Source: Phaeosaccion multiseriatum (Eukaryota; Protista; Ochrophyta, other classes). Taken from it: a DNA stretch of 64,000 nt. The translations under genes and the position numbers were made by a program. Of the stretch, positions 13,301-23,900 are shown one piece after another; the first letter of the stretch is position 1, and each line of letters opens with the position of its first letter. The notes under the pieces were generated by a model. It worked only from the letters and a program-made list of their open reading frames with translations, was not told the origin of the DNA and searched no databases. The DNA is taken from positions 434,001-498,000 of the forward strand of contig OZ218950.1 in NCBI GenBank assembly GCA_965112735.1, given 5' to 3'.

Positions 13301-16300
13301 CAGGGAGGAGGGGGGGGGCGTCGAAAGGGAGCAGGCAGCGGCGAGGGGGGTGGTAAGAAGGAGAAGAGGAGAGAGGGGCCGAGGAACGACGATGAACTTG
13401 ATGACAAGTATTCCCCCGCGGAGGTGGCGGGGGGGGGGAGGTTAGACGCACAGGGTATTCTGTGGGCAGGCGAGGAGGACGAGGAGAAGGAGAGTGGGGG
13501 GGATGAGGACGACGAGGACGAGGACGAGGAGGAAGAGGAAGAGGAAGAGGAGGAAGATGAGGAGGAGGAAGACGACAGCGGTGAGTCTGACGAGGAAGAG
13601 GAGGATGAGCAGAAGCAGCGGCAGCAGCAGAAGAAGAAGACAACGAAGAAGAACGGGGTGGAGACGGCGATTCCCTACGTGCTGGAGTGTCCGCAGAGCA
13701 TGGATGAGCTCCAGGATCTCCTTGACGAGTTTGCGCACACGGCGGAGGACATCAACACCGTCGTGGACAGGATCGTCAAGTGCCATAGCGTCAAGCTAGA
13801 CACCAAGAACAAGGCAAGTGTGGTGCTGGGGAGGGGAGGGGAGGGCGTTGTACAAGAGATGGAAGGCGGAAGGGAAGGCTCCTTCCTACCTTCGTCTGTG
13901 GCCATTCTTGCTCCCACCCTCTCCCTCCAATCGTGCAGCTGCTGTCTCACCGACTGCTGCTGCTCTGCTGACTAACCCCTGTCCTTTTGGCCCCTTCTTG
14001 TGGACCCCTCGCCTGCACCCCCCCCCTTCTCTCTTGTTCTCACCCTCGTCCAACAAACTCTCCCAACTCACTACTCACACTCACACTCACACTTGTCGCA
14101 CCACCAAACCGTGTACCACCAACAGGAGAAGATGCACAACTTCTACGACGTGCTGCTGAAGCGCCTTGTGCGTGTCGGAGATCAAGCCCTCCTCCTCCCC
14201 AAGGGGGGCCCTCTTGATGGTGTGAGTCAGCTCGACTGCCTGGCGAGTGTCTTGTACAGGGTTACACAGGAGATGCCGGAGGCGGCGTCTTCGCTGTGGC
14301 ATAGGACGATGGGGGGGATGCAGAGGAGGCTGGCCAAGGTGGGTGGGTGGGGCGTGGGGGGTGAGAGAGGGAGAGAGGAAGAGACGGAGGGAGGGAGGGA
14401 GGGAGGGAGGGAGGGAGGAGAGAGCGGGAGAGAGAGTGAGGGAGGGAGGGAGAGGGGACAGGGGGAGAGAGAGAGAAGGAGAGAGAGAAGGAGAGGAAGG
14501 GCAAGAGAGAGAAAGAGAGAGATGGAGGGGGAGAGAGACAGAGAGAGAGGGAGAGACAAGGAGAGGGGGAGAGAGAGAGAAAGAGGGAGGGACTTGGTTC
14601 GAGGTTGCAAGTGTGTGGGCGCTGTTCTCCACACTTCTGTTGAAGGCAGAGAGGCGTCTCTCCCACTGAGCATCTCATCCCCCTTTTACCCCCCTCCCCT
14701 CTCCTCCGCTCCCTCGTGCCCAACCATCCACTGCCATCCTCTTCCTGTCTCCTCTCCTCCCCTCTCCTCCCCTCCCTCGTGCCCATCCATCCACTGCCAT
14801 CCTCCCTCCCTCGCTCCCTCCCACCCCCCCACCCCAGTCACTGCGTGATCACTTTGAGGGCATTGCGCCTTCCTCCGCTCGAAGCCGCTCCACCTGGCCC
14901 TCGCCTGGCCACCTCCTTCTCCTCCGTCAGATGGGCCACCTATTCCCCACCACCGACTACCGACACAGCGTGGTCACCCCAGCCCTTCTCTACTTGGGTC
15001 AGTGTCTTTCTCAGTGCCCCGTTCAGAGCTGTGCCGACCTCAGCACGGGTGTGTTTTGCTGCGGCTTGTTGCTGCAGTTCACGCTCCCTGCCGGCAGACT
15101 GTGCCCCGAGGTGTTTGCGTTTCTCACCTCGGCGTTAGCACTCTTCCTGCCCCCTCCCGCTCCCAAGGCTGTGGATGGCAACAGAGGGAAGAAGGGAAAG
15201 GCCAAGGCCAAGGCCAAGGCGAACGGGAAGGGGAAGGCGAAGGCAGCAGATGGCAAGGGCGAGAAGGGCGAGGAAGAGGAGGAAGGAAGGCAGCGTATGG
15301 CCATGGCGAGGGAGGAGAGGGAGGCGTGCATGATTACTCCGGCGCTCCGCTCGGCCCCCCTGGACTTCTTGAGAGGGAGCGCGAGTCAGTGGGATGGGAA
15401 TGGTGAGGAGGGAGGAGACTCTGCTGGTGCTGACTCGGGCTCGGGCTCGGGCGCTTCTTCGGTGGGGGCACTTGACCTGCGTCAAGCACTTGCTGCTGAC
15501 GCCGAGGGGGAAGCGGGGGAGGGGGGGGCGAGGTGAGTGAAGTGCGAGAGGGGTGGGTGGGTGGGGGGTAAGAGGGAGGGGGTGAGAGCGGGAGAGAGGA
15601 AGGGCGGGAGAGAGAGGGGGAGAAGGGGAGAGCCAGGGGGAGGGGTGAATGTTTTTCGTTTAGCCCTGTTCACGGCCATCCACAGCCTCATTCCACCAAA
15701 CCAACGCTGCTTCCTCCCCCTCCCTCCCTTATCCCACCAACAACAACTTCAGGGCCTCCTTCGCCTGCTGCACCCTGGCCGCCATCTACCGCCTTCTCTA
15801 CGCGTCCCTCGCTGGCCTGAAGCGGCGCTGCGTGGCCGTGCCCGAGGTGTTTGCCCTCCCCCTGGCGGTGCTCGAGAAGGTGCTGCCCCAGCAGGAGCCG
15901 CCGCTACCCCAGGCCCTCCAGGTGAGGGAGCCGTGTGACAGTCGGTGGGAGGGGATGGGGAGGGATGGTAGTCGATCGGGCGGATGGGGGCTGATGACCT
16001 GCTTTTTCGCTGACTTACATGTACGTCCAACCACACCATACCACACCGCCGCTGTACGGGGCTTCTTCTTCCTCCTCCTCCTCCTCCTCCTCCTCCTCCT
16101 CCTCCTCCTGTCTGTCTCTTGCTCGTGTGGCTGGATGGCAATGGATGGCAGGTAATGCACGTGAAGCTGGCAGAGGCCCTGACCTCAACAATGTCCACCA
16201 TGCTGGGGCTTGGCAGCGGTGAAGAAACAACTACCCCACCTGTAACCGCCACCGCGGCTGCTGACGAGGCCGCCGGTGCTACACAAGTTGGTGATACGCT

Positions 16301-17052
16301 GCGACTCCCTCTGGCGTGGCAGGCGAAGGGCGTGTCCTCGATCAAGGGACTGGCACCCAAATTCCAGGAGAAGTACACAATGAGGAAGGACGGGGACTTG
16401 GACAGGGACGCGGCCAAGATCAAGCAGATGCAGCGCCAGGTGAGGGGGGATGGCAGTGGATGGAGGAGATGGCAGTGGATGAGGAGGGGGGTGGCGGTGG
16501 ATGAGGGGGGGGCTGCGTGGCACGCTTTCCTTGCATGACTTGCTCGCTTGACTTTGCTTGACTTGACCTCGATGTTTGCTGCCAAAATATTTGCCCCTGT
16601 ATGCCCAACAGGTGAAGCGAGAGAAGAAGGGCGCCGCCCGTGAGCTCAAGAAGGACTCCACTTTCCTCGAGCAGCAGCGCTGGAAGGACAAGAGGGAGGA
16701 GGAGGAGACACGCAAGCAGAAGTGGAGGGAGAACCTCACCTGGCTAGAGGGCGAACAGAGCACTTGGAACCAGCAGGTGGGTGGGTGGGTGCGGCCAATT
16801 AAGCGCCTTGGATAGAAAGTGCCTCTCTCTCTGTCTCTCTCTCTCTCTCTCTGCGTGTCTGTGTGCTCTGACTCTCCCTCTCTGTGTGTCTCTGTCCCTC
16901 TCGCTCTCTTCGCCCTCTCCCCTCTCCCCCGTTGCCCGTCCACTACCATCCATCCCTCCCCTCCCCAGGTGGGCAACAAGAAGGCACGTCACCTCATCAA
17001 GGGGGGTGGAAGTGCGCAAGTCAAGAAGCCGACTGTGGGCAGGGGCCACTGA
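9304..17052 (+). CDS. NOP14: Nucleolar protein 14 (U3 snoRNP/SSU processome), multi-exon
   Basis: Exons encode NNPFE..KKKHDI, LLQDYKQNKKANSFDDRRFGE, KSRKEVLDEIIAKSK, DDYDKMMREF..ATDRTKTAEE, LFPTTDYRHSVVTPA, PKFQE and KREKKGAARELKKDSTFL; stop at 17052. Confidence 0.92.
11586..11682. repeat. Intronic minisatellite, ~25-bp unit (TCGCTTGACTTTGCTTCGCTTGACA) x ~4
   Basis: Directly visible tandem units in a NOP14 intron. Confidence 0.8.
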
Positions 17053-17439
17053 GCCACTCCTGGCCACTGATCTACTGAGGCACATGCACGGCGGGGAAGG
17101 AGCGATGGCAGCAGATGTCTAGACAATAGACAACAGAGAAAGGGGCTGGCACATAGGCATTCATTCAGTAGACCTTAACCAATATCGATCCCATGATCCA
17201 GTGTCGATCCGCAATATCGGCCCTGAGACTGAAATGAAATGCATGTTCCTGGGCCCACCTGTCTTCCGTCGTTTATTCTCAAGTAAGGGAGCCCCAAAAG
17301 ACAAAAGACCCGTTTTTAGTTAGAGACACCCCAACAACGCCCCTCTCTCTTCACGAGACTGTCGTCCCCCAGGTTGGGATTCAGAGGGGAAACTGGTGTG
17401 CAGTGGATGGGCAAAAAGAAAAAAGGGAGAAAAGTAAGC

Positions 17440-18680
17440 GAGCCCCAGTCGAGGGTTTCCGCTGCCTCATGCTGCGTCATCGTGGCTCGAAGGAGGGTGC
17501 ATACGTGCATACCTGATCTCCCGCTGGGAGAGGGCGCGTTGAAGGGCGAGGGACAGTTGCTGGCGCAGGAGGCCCTTGATGGGGCCCTTGGCTGCCGCCG
17601 CTGCTGGGCCGAGCCCCCGTGATGCCTTATGAGTGGCCATCGCCTCGATGAGCTCGTCCGCTTGGTGGCCCAGCGTGCCGTGGTCTCGAGTGCGATGCAT
17701 TTCAGGGTTGAAGTCCCGGGCAGGAAACTGCCCAGGTAATGAATGCGTTTGCGCTCTTCAGCGGCGACTGCTGCGTGGCCTGGAGTCGTGGATGCCAGGG
17801 CCACGTGTGTGGGTGCGGTGGGGTTGGTGACGGTGATGTCGAAGAGGAGGTTGCTCCGTAGGGGCGCGTCTGCTCCCGGGAAGCTGCCTGCTGGGTATGT
17901 GAGGTCCATCCGGAGGTCTCGTCCCGCCCTGGTGCCCGTGGGGCCGTCGGAGCAGGTCTGGTCCTCGACGCGTGCTGCTGTGCATCATCCGCCCGAAGGC
18001 CTTGACGACCAGGTGGTGGGTATGATTGTGGAGCCCGGTGCACGCGCAGATGATGGCGTGACTGGTGCTTGCCGTACAGGTGCATCCTGTGCCAAGGCAG
18101 GGTGGGGGGGGGTCTGCGTATGGGGTGGTGATGCCGAGGTTGCGACGCACGGCCATGGTCCATTCTGCTGGGGCCATGGTGTTGTGGCCGTGAGGGAGTG
18201 ATCCGAGGAAGGCCATGGCGCCCCGTCAGCGCTGGGAGTAAAGGCGGGCTGCTGCCATGTCCTGTGTCTCCTCTCCCCTCTGTGCCTCGGCCGGTGTGAC
18301 GTCGATGGTGCCAATGCTCTGCGTCAGTTCCTCGTGGCGGTGTTTGCCGATGTGGTTGATGATGGCCTTCTGGACGCCGTGGGTCGGTTGGCGGCCTGCC
18401 TGATGGCTTCTGCGTACGTTGCGTCTCGCTGTGTCTTGGGCTTGGTGGTCAGGCGGGTCGAGTGCGCGTGAGCGGCCCTCGTCGTACTGATCCTGCCCCA
18501 CTGCTTGGATGAGGGGGGCCTCAGGGATCCCCTCCTCGCGCTGGAGGTTGACGCTGTCGGCGACGCTCTTGAGGACTCCGTTGGTGAACAGCTGGTCCGG
18601 TACTCAAGAGCGTAGCCGACAGCATCAAACTCCTGCGCGAGGAGGGGATCCCTGAGGCCCCCCTCATCCAAGGAGTAGGG
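17440..18680 (-). mobile_element. CRE-like non-LTR retrotransposon copy A (truncated at both ends, degenerate, 5' fold-back)
   Basis: Diverged homologue of 21260..22430 (RLE region: MDLTYP, DITVTNPT, AEERKR.HY) with frameshifts. Inverted arm at 18603..18681. Confidence 0.9.
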
Positions 18681-18688
18681 GTGCGAGA

Positions 18689-19556
18689 TTTATATTAGAG
18701 CTTATGGGCTCAGTATTGGTGCTCTTGAGGTGAGTGGTAACCATGAATAGACGTGTGTGTGTGGTGTGGTGATGGAGAGTGATGTGCAGGAGGAGGAGAT
18801 GGCAATGGTGGTAGAGGGGGGAGGCAAGGATAATAGGGGAGTGGGAAGGAATCTTGTGTAAGCTATCCTAGTGTGGATGGTGTGGTGGACAGGTCGGTGA
18901 CTAACTGTTGGTGCTATGCTGTGCACTGATGGTCTCTATGTCTGCTGTCGTGCTTACTCCTACTCCACAGGCGTCCCCTCCGTCGATGGCTCCCATGAGC
19001 CCCCAGTCGAGGGTTTCCGCTCCTCATGCTGCGTCATCGTGGCTCGAAGGAGGGTGCCATACCTGATCTCCCGCTGTGAGAGGGCGCGTTGAAGGGCGAG
19101 GGACAGTTGTTGGCGCAGGAGGCCCTTGATGGGGCCCGTGGCTGCCGCCGCTGCTGGGCCGAGCCTCCTTGAGGCCTTGTGGATGGCCATCGCCTCGATG
19201 AGCTCGTCCGTTTGGTGGCCCAGTCTGCCGTACGTCTCGAGTGCGATGCACTTCAGGGTTGAAGTCCCGGGCAGGCAACTGCCCAGGTAATGAATGCGTT
19301 TGCGTTCTTCGGCGGCGGCTGCTACCAGGCCACGCAGCAGCCGCCGCCGAAGAGCGCCAACGCATTCATTACCTGCGTAGTTTTATGCCCGGGACTTCAA
19401 CCCTGAAGTGCATTGCCATCGAGATGTACTACGGCAGACTGAAAGTTAGAGAGGAGGACGAGTCTTTGCGCACCCGGCACCGCCCCCCTGACGGTTCCGC
19501 GCACACTCCAACCCCCCTGTTCTCATCTCCCCGCGGTAGATACCAACGGGTACCCG
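18689..19556 (-). mobile_element. CRE-like non-LTR retrotransposon copy B (5'-truncated, inverted arm, TSD)
   Basis: 3' UTR begins right after GTGCGAGA (18681-18688); (GGG)GTGCGAGA recurs at 19557-19567, followed by target repeat sequence. Confidence 0.9.
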
Positions 19557-19642
19557 GGGGTGCGAGAAGCAGTCGCAACAGGGAGGACTTTGCCAGGGCC
19601 ATGGAGCTGTGACCAAGAGGTGTTCTGTTGAGGAGTGCGAGA

Positions 19643-20742
19643 ATTATATTAGAGCTTATGGGCTGAGTATTGGCGCGCTTGAGGTGAGTGGTAACCATGT
19701 GTAGACGTGTGTGTGTGGTGTGGTGATGGAGAGTGATGTGCAGGAGGAGAGGAGGGCGATGGTGGTAGAGGGGGGAGGTTAGGATACAAGGGAGTGGGAA
19801 GGGAGTGAAGTGGATCGTGGGGTGTGTGATGTGTAAGCTATCCTAGTGTGGATGGTGTGGTGGACAGGTCGGTGACTAACTGTTGGTGCTATGCTGTGCA
19901 CTGATGGTCTCTATGTCTGCTGTCGTGCTTACTCCTACTCCACAGGCGTCCGCTCCGTCGATGGCTCCCATGAGCCCCCAGTCGAGGGTTTCCGCTGTCT
20001 CATGCTGCGTCATCGTGGCTCGAAGGAGGGTGCCATACCTGAGTGCGGAGTCCTCAAGAGCGTCGCCAACAGCATCTCGACCCGCATGCCTCGTCGTACT
20101 GATCCTGCCCCACTGCTTGGATGAGGGGGGCCTCAGGGACCCCCTCCTCGTGCAGGAGGTTGACGCTGTCAGCTACGCTCTTGAGGACTCCGTTGTTGAA
20201 CAGCTGGTCCGGAAGGGCGGTCTCTTGGGGCCCTCCTCTGCGTGCGATGCGACTGAGCAGGGGGGGAAGGGTGAGCATCTTGCTGCCAAGGTATGCCGCT
20301 GGGGCGATGGCGTCGAGGCTGGTGAGACCGAGGCCTCCATGGCGCCGTGCCGTGTGGATTTGCAGTCGCTGTGTCTCCGTCCATGGCTCCTCGGGTGCAT
20401 CAGCTGCCTGCTCCAGAGGGGGGGCATCGGGGAGTCGCATGATGTGGGCAAGGGTCGCCCCGTTGATGCGGTCTGCCCTGCTGCCGAGGGCGCGCCTGAA
20501 GATGTTGGGGGCGATGGCCCCTCAGTGCGGAGCGAAGTATACCTCCAGAGAAAATACGTAGTGCACGCATACGTAGTGCATGTAGCTGATGTATTCCGCC
20601 CCCCGCGTCTTCCGCGCAAATACCTTATCCTTGGAAGTAAATTTCGCTCCGCACTGAGGGAGCGCGCATCGTGCCTTCTTCGGAACCTTAGCGCATGGCC
20701 GGGTCTGGGTGAGTACCATCCGGCAGTGGTCCTCGACCGCGT
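19643..20742 (-). mobile_element. CRE-like non-LTR retrotransposon copy C (5'-truncated, internally deleted)
   Basis: 3' UTR begins right after GTGCGAGA (19635-19642). Internal deletion/inversion near 20041-20080. Non-element sequence at 20519-20742 before the host repeat resumes; no clean TSD. Confidence 0.87.
20519..20660. mobile_element. MITE-like 142-bp element with 18-bp perfect inverted termini
   Basis: CCCTCAGTGCGGAGCGAA (20519-20536) and TTCGCTCCGCACTGAGGG (20643-20660); no TSD seen. Confidence 0.55.
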
Positions 20743-20908
20743 GGATGTGACAAGAAGCGGATCCAAGGAGGACTTTGCCTGGCCCATGGAGCTGTGGTGA
20801 AGAGGTGTACTGTTGAGGGCTGCGACAAGCAGCGGATCCAAGGAGGACTTTGCGTGGCCCACGGAGCTGTGGTGGTACGGAAGAGGTGTACTGTTGAGGG
20901 GTGCGAGA

Positions 20909-23900
20909 TGTATATTAGAGCTTATGGGCTCAGTATTGGAGCGCTCGAGGTAAGTTGTAACCATGTGTAGATGCGTGTATGTGTGGTATTGATGGAGCGT
21001 GAGGTGGAGGGGAAGAGGATGGTAAGGGTGGTAGAGTAGAGGATAATGGGGAATGGGAAGGGAGTGAAGGGGGGAGGAGGAGATGAAGGGGTGTGGGAAG
21101 GAGTGAGGTGGTGGAGGTGATATGTGAACTAGCCTACTGTGGGTGGTGCGGGTGACAAGGCGTGACTAACTGTGGTTGCTATGCTGTGTGCTGATGGTCT
21201 CGCTGTCTGCTGGCTGGTGTACTCCTGCTCCTCAGGCGGCCGCTCCGTCGATGGCTCCCATGAGCCCCCAGTCGAGGGTTTCTGCTGCTTCGTGCTGCGT
21301 CATGGTGGCTCGAAGGAGGGTGCCATACCTGATCTCCCGCTGTGAGAGGGCGCGTTGAAGGGCGAGGGACAGTTGTTGGCGCAGGAGGCCCTTGATGGGG
21401 CCCGTGGCTGCCGCCGCTGCGGGGCCGAGCCCTCTTGATGCCTTGTGGATGGCCATCGCCTCGATGAGCTCGTCCGTTTGGTGGCCCAGTCTGCCGTACG
21501 TCTCGATTGCAATGCACTTCAGGGTTGAAGTCCCGGGCAGAAAACTGCCCAGGTAGTGGGTGCGCTTGCGTTCTTCGGCGGCGGCTGCTGCGTGGCCTGG
21601 CGTGGTGGAGGCCCGTCCCACGTGAGTGGGGGCGGTGGGGTTGGTGACGGTGATGTCGCAGAGGAGGTTTCTCCGCAGGGGTGCGTCCGCTCCCGGGAAG
21701 CTACCTGCGGGATAGGTCAGGTCCATGCGTAGGTCTCGGCCTGCTCGGGTGCCCGTGGGGCCGTCGAAGCAGGTCTGGTCCTCTACACGTGCTCCTCCAA
21801 TGCCCACGCTGTGCATCATCCTCCCGAAGGCCTTGACGAGGAGGTGGTGTGTGTGGTTGTGGAGGCCGGTGCGGGGGCAGATGGTGGCGTGGGTAGTGCT
21901 TGCCGTGCGGGCGCAGCCTGTGCCAAGGCAGGGTGGGGGCGGGTCCGCGTATGGCGTGTTGACACCGAGGTTGCGACGAAGGGCCATGGTCCATTCTGCG
22001 GGGGCCATGGTGTTGTGGCCGTGGGGGAGCGCTCCGAGGAAGGCCATGGCGCCCCTTCCTCGCTGTGAGTGGAGTCGGGCTGTTGCCATTTCCTGTGTCT
22101 CCTCTCCCCTCTGTGCCTCTGCCGGTGTGACGTCGATGGTGGCGATGCTCTGCGTCAGCTCCTCATGGCGGCGTTTGTGGATGAAGGTGGTGAGGGCCTT
22201 CTGGACGCCGTGGGTCGGTTGACGGCCTGCCTGATGGCTCCTGCGCACGTTGCGTCGCGCTGTGTCCTGGGCTTGGTGGTCAGGCGGCTCGAGTACGCGT
22301 GAGCGGGCCTCGTCGAACTGTGCCTGACCCACTGCTTGGATGAGGGGGGCCTCAGGGACCCCCTCCTCGTGCAGGAGGTTGACGCTGTCGGCGACGCTCT
22401 TGAGGGCTCCGTTGGTGAACAGCTGGTCCGGTAGGGCGCTCTCTTGGGAGCCTTCCCGGCGTGCGGTGCGGCTGAGCAGGGGGGAGGGTGAGCATCTTGT
22501 TGCCAAGGTATGCTGCTGGGGCGATGTCGTGGAGGCTGGTGAGGCCGAGGCCGCCGAAGCGCCGTGCCGTATGCATTTGTAGGCGCTGTGTCTCCGTCCA
22601 TGGCTCCTCTTGTGCATCTGCGGCCTGCTCCAGAGGGGGGCATCGGGGAGTCGCATGATGTGGGCCATTGTCGCTCTGTTGGTGCGGTCTGCCCTGCTGC
22701 CGAGGGCGCGTCGGAAGATGGAGGGGTCAATGGCTCTCGCCAGGTGTGTGAGCCTGGCTGGGAGGCATTGGAGGAGGACGAGGGTGGCCGCCTGGGTGTT
22801 GTCCCACTCGCTGCAGTGTTTGGCGAGTTGGAGGTAGCCCCTGGGGTCTTCTTGGCCGAGGATGTTGCGGAGGTACTCTTCGATGTACTCCTCCGTGCCG
22901 ACGGGGATGCCGGCTACCACGGTACCCTCGGTGGCAAGTGTGGCGCCCTGCCGTTGGGCGTGGTCCCTGTCAGCCTGTGTTGGCTGCTTGCCTTTGCCCA
23001 TGAGGTAAACCGTTTTCCTCTCGTTGAACTCGAGGCCCAAGCCTCGGAATTGGGCTTGGAGATGGGCATGGCGTGGGGCGTAGGTCTGTAGGGGTGCGTC
23101 GGGTTCCAGCTGGTCCATGAGGTCGTCTGCGTAGGCGGAGATGGTGGGGCGGTTCGCTGCGGTGTCGGCTGTGTTCTGAACTTTCAGCACTGGGTGGATG
23201 GCGGCTGCGAACATGAGAGGCCCTTCTGGTGCTCCTTGGTTGACTCCGGAGCTCTGGTGGATGGTCTGGGTGCCGTCTGGTGTGAGGGCGTTGTGGGCGG
23301 AGGCGTGGGAGAGGCTGGCGATGGCGTAGTTGATGCCTGCTGGGTCGATGGTAGGGAGTGCTCCTGAGGCTAGGACGCCTCTGGCACGCGACACGCGGGT
23401 GTAGGCCTTGGTGATGTCATGCAGCACGACGGTTTTGCCGGCATCGTGCGCTAGCTGGGCTGCTGCGGCGTGTGTTTCCCCTCCGCCTCTGACCGCTACC
23501 GCTAGCTGTCCTGCGCTTCTGAGCTCTGGGCCCACCCTGTCCGCGATGAGCTTCATGTGACAGCTCTCCACGAGGCTGCGGTAGAGGTTGGGGGATGTCA
23601 CAGGACGCGCTTTCTCGCCGAGGGCTGCGGCGCTGGTGCTGAACCACCGTTTGGCGAGCTGTGGAGGCAGTGGAGTGTCCCCCGTTCGGAGCAGCTCGTA
23701 GGTGTCAGTCAGAGCCTCCACGATTGCGTACTCCTGGGGGCTGTCCGGGGGTACTTGACGTGGCTCGCCCTGCGCCCGTCTGCTCCTTGGCCCTTCCAGA
23801 AGTTGACCCTCCGGTAGGTCAGCAGCATGGCTGTGCTGATCTCCTCTCTGGTGACGTCGTTGCCATTCTCGGGGTGCTCCTGCACCTGGGTTCTGGCGTA

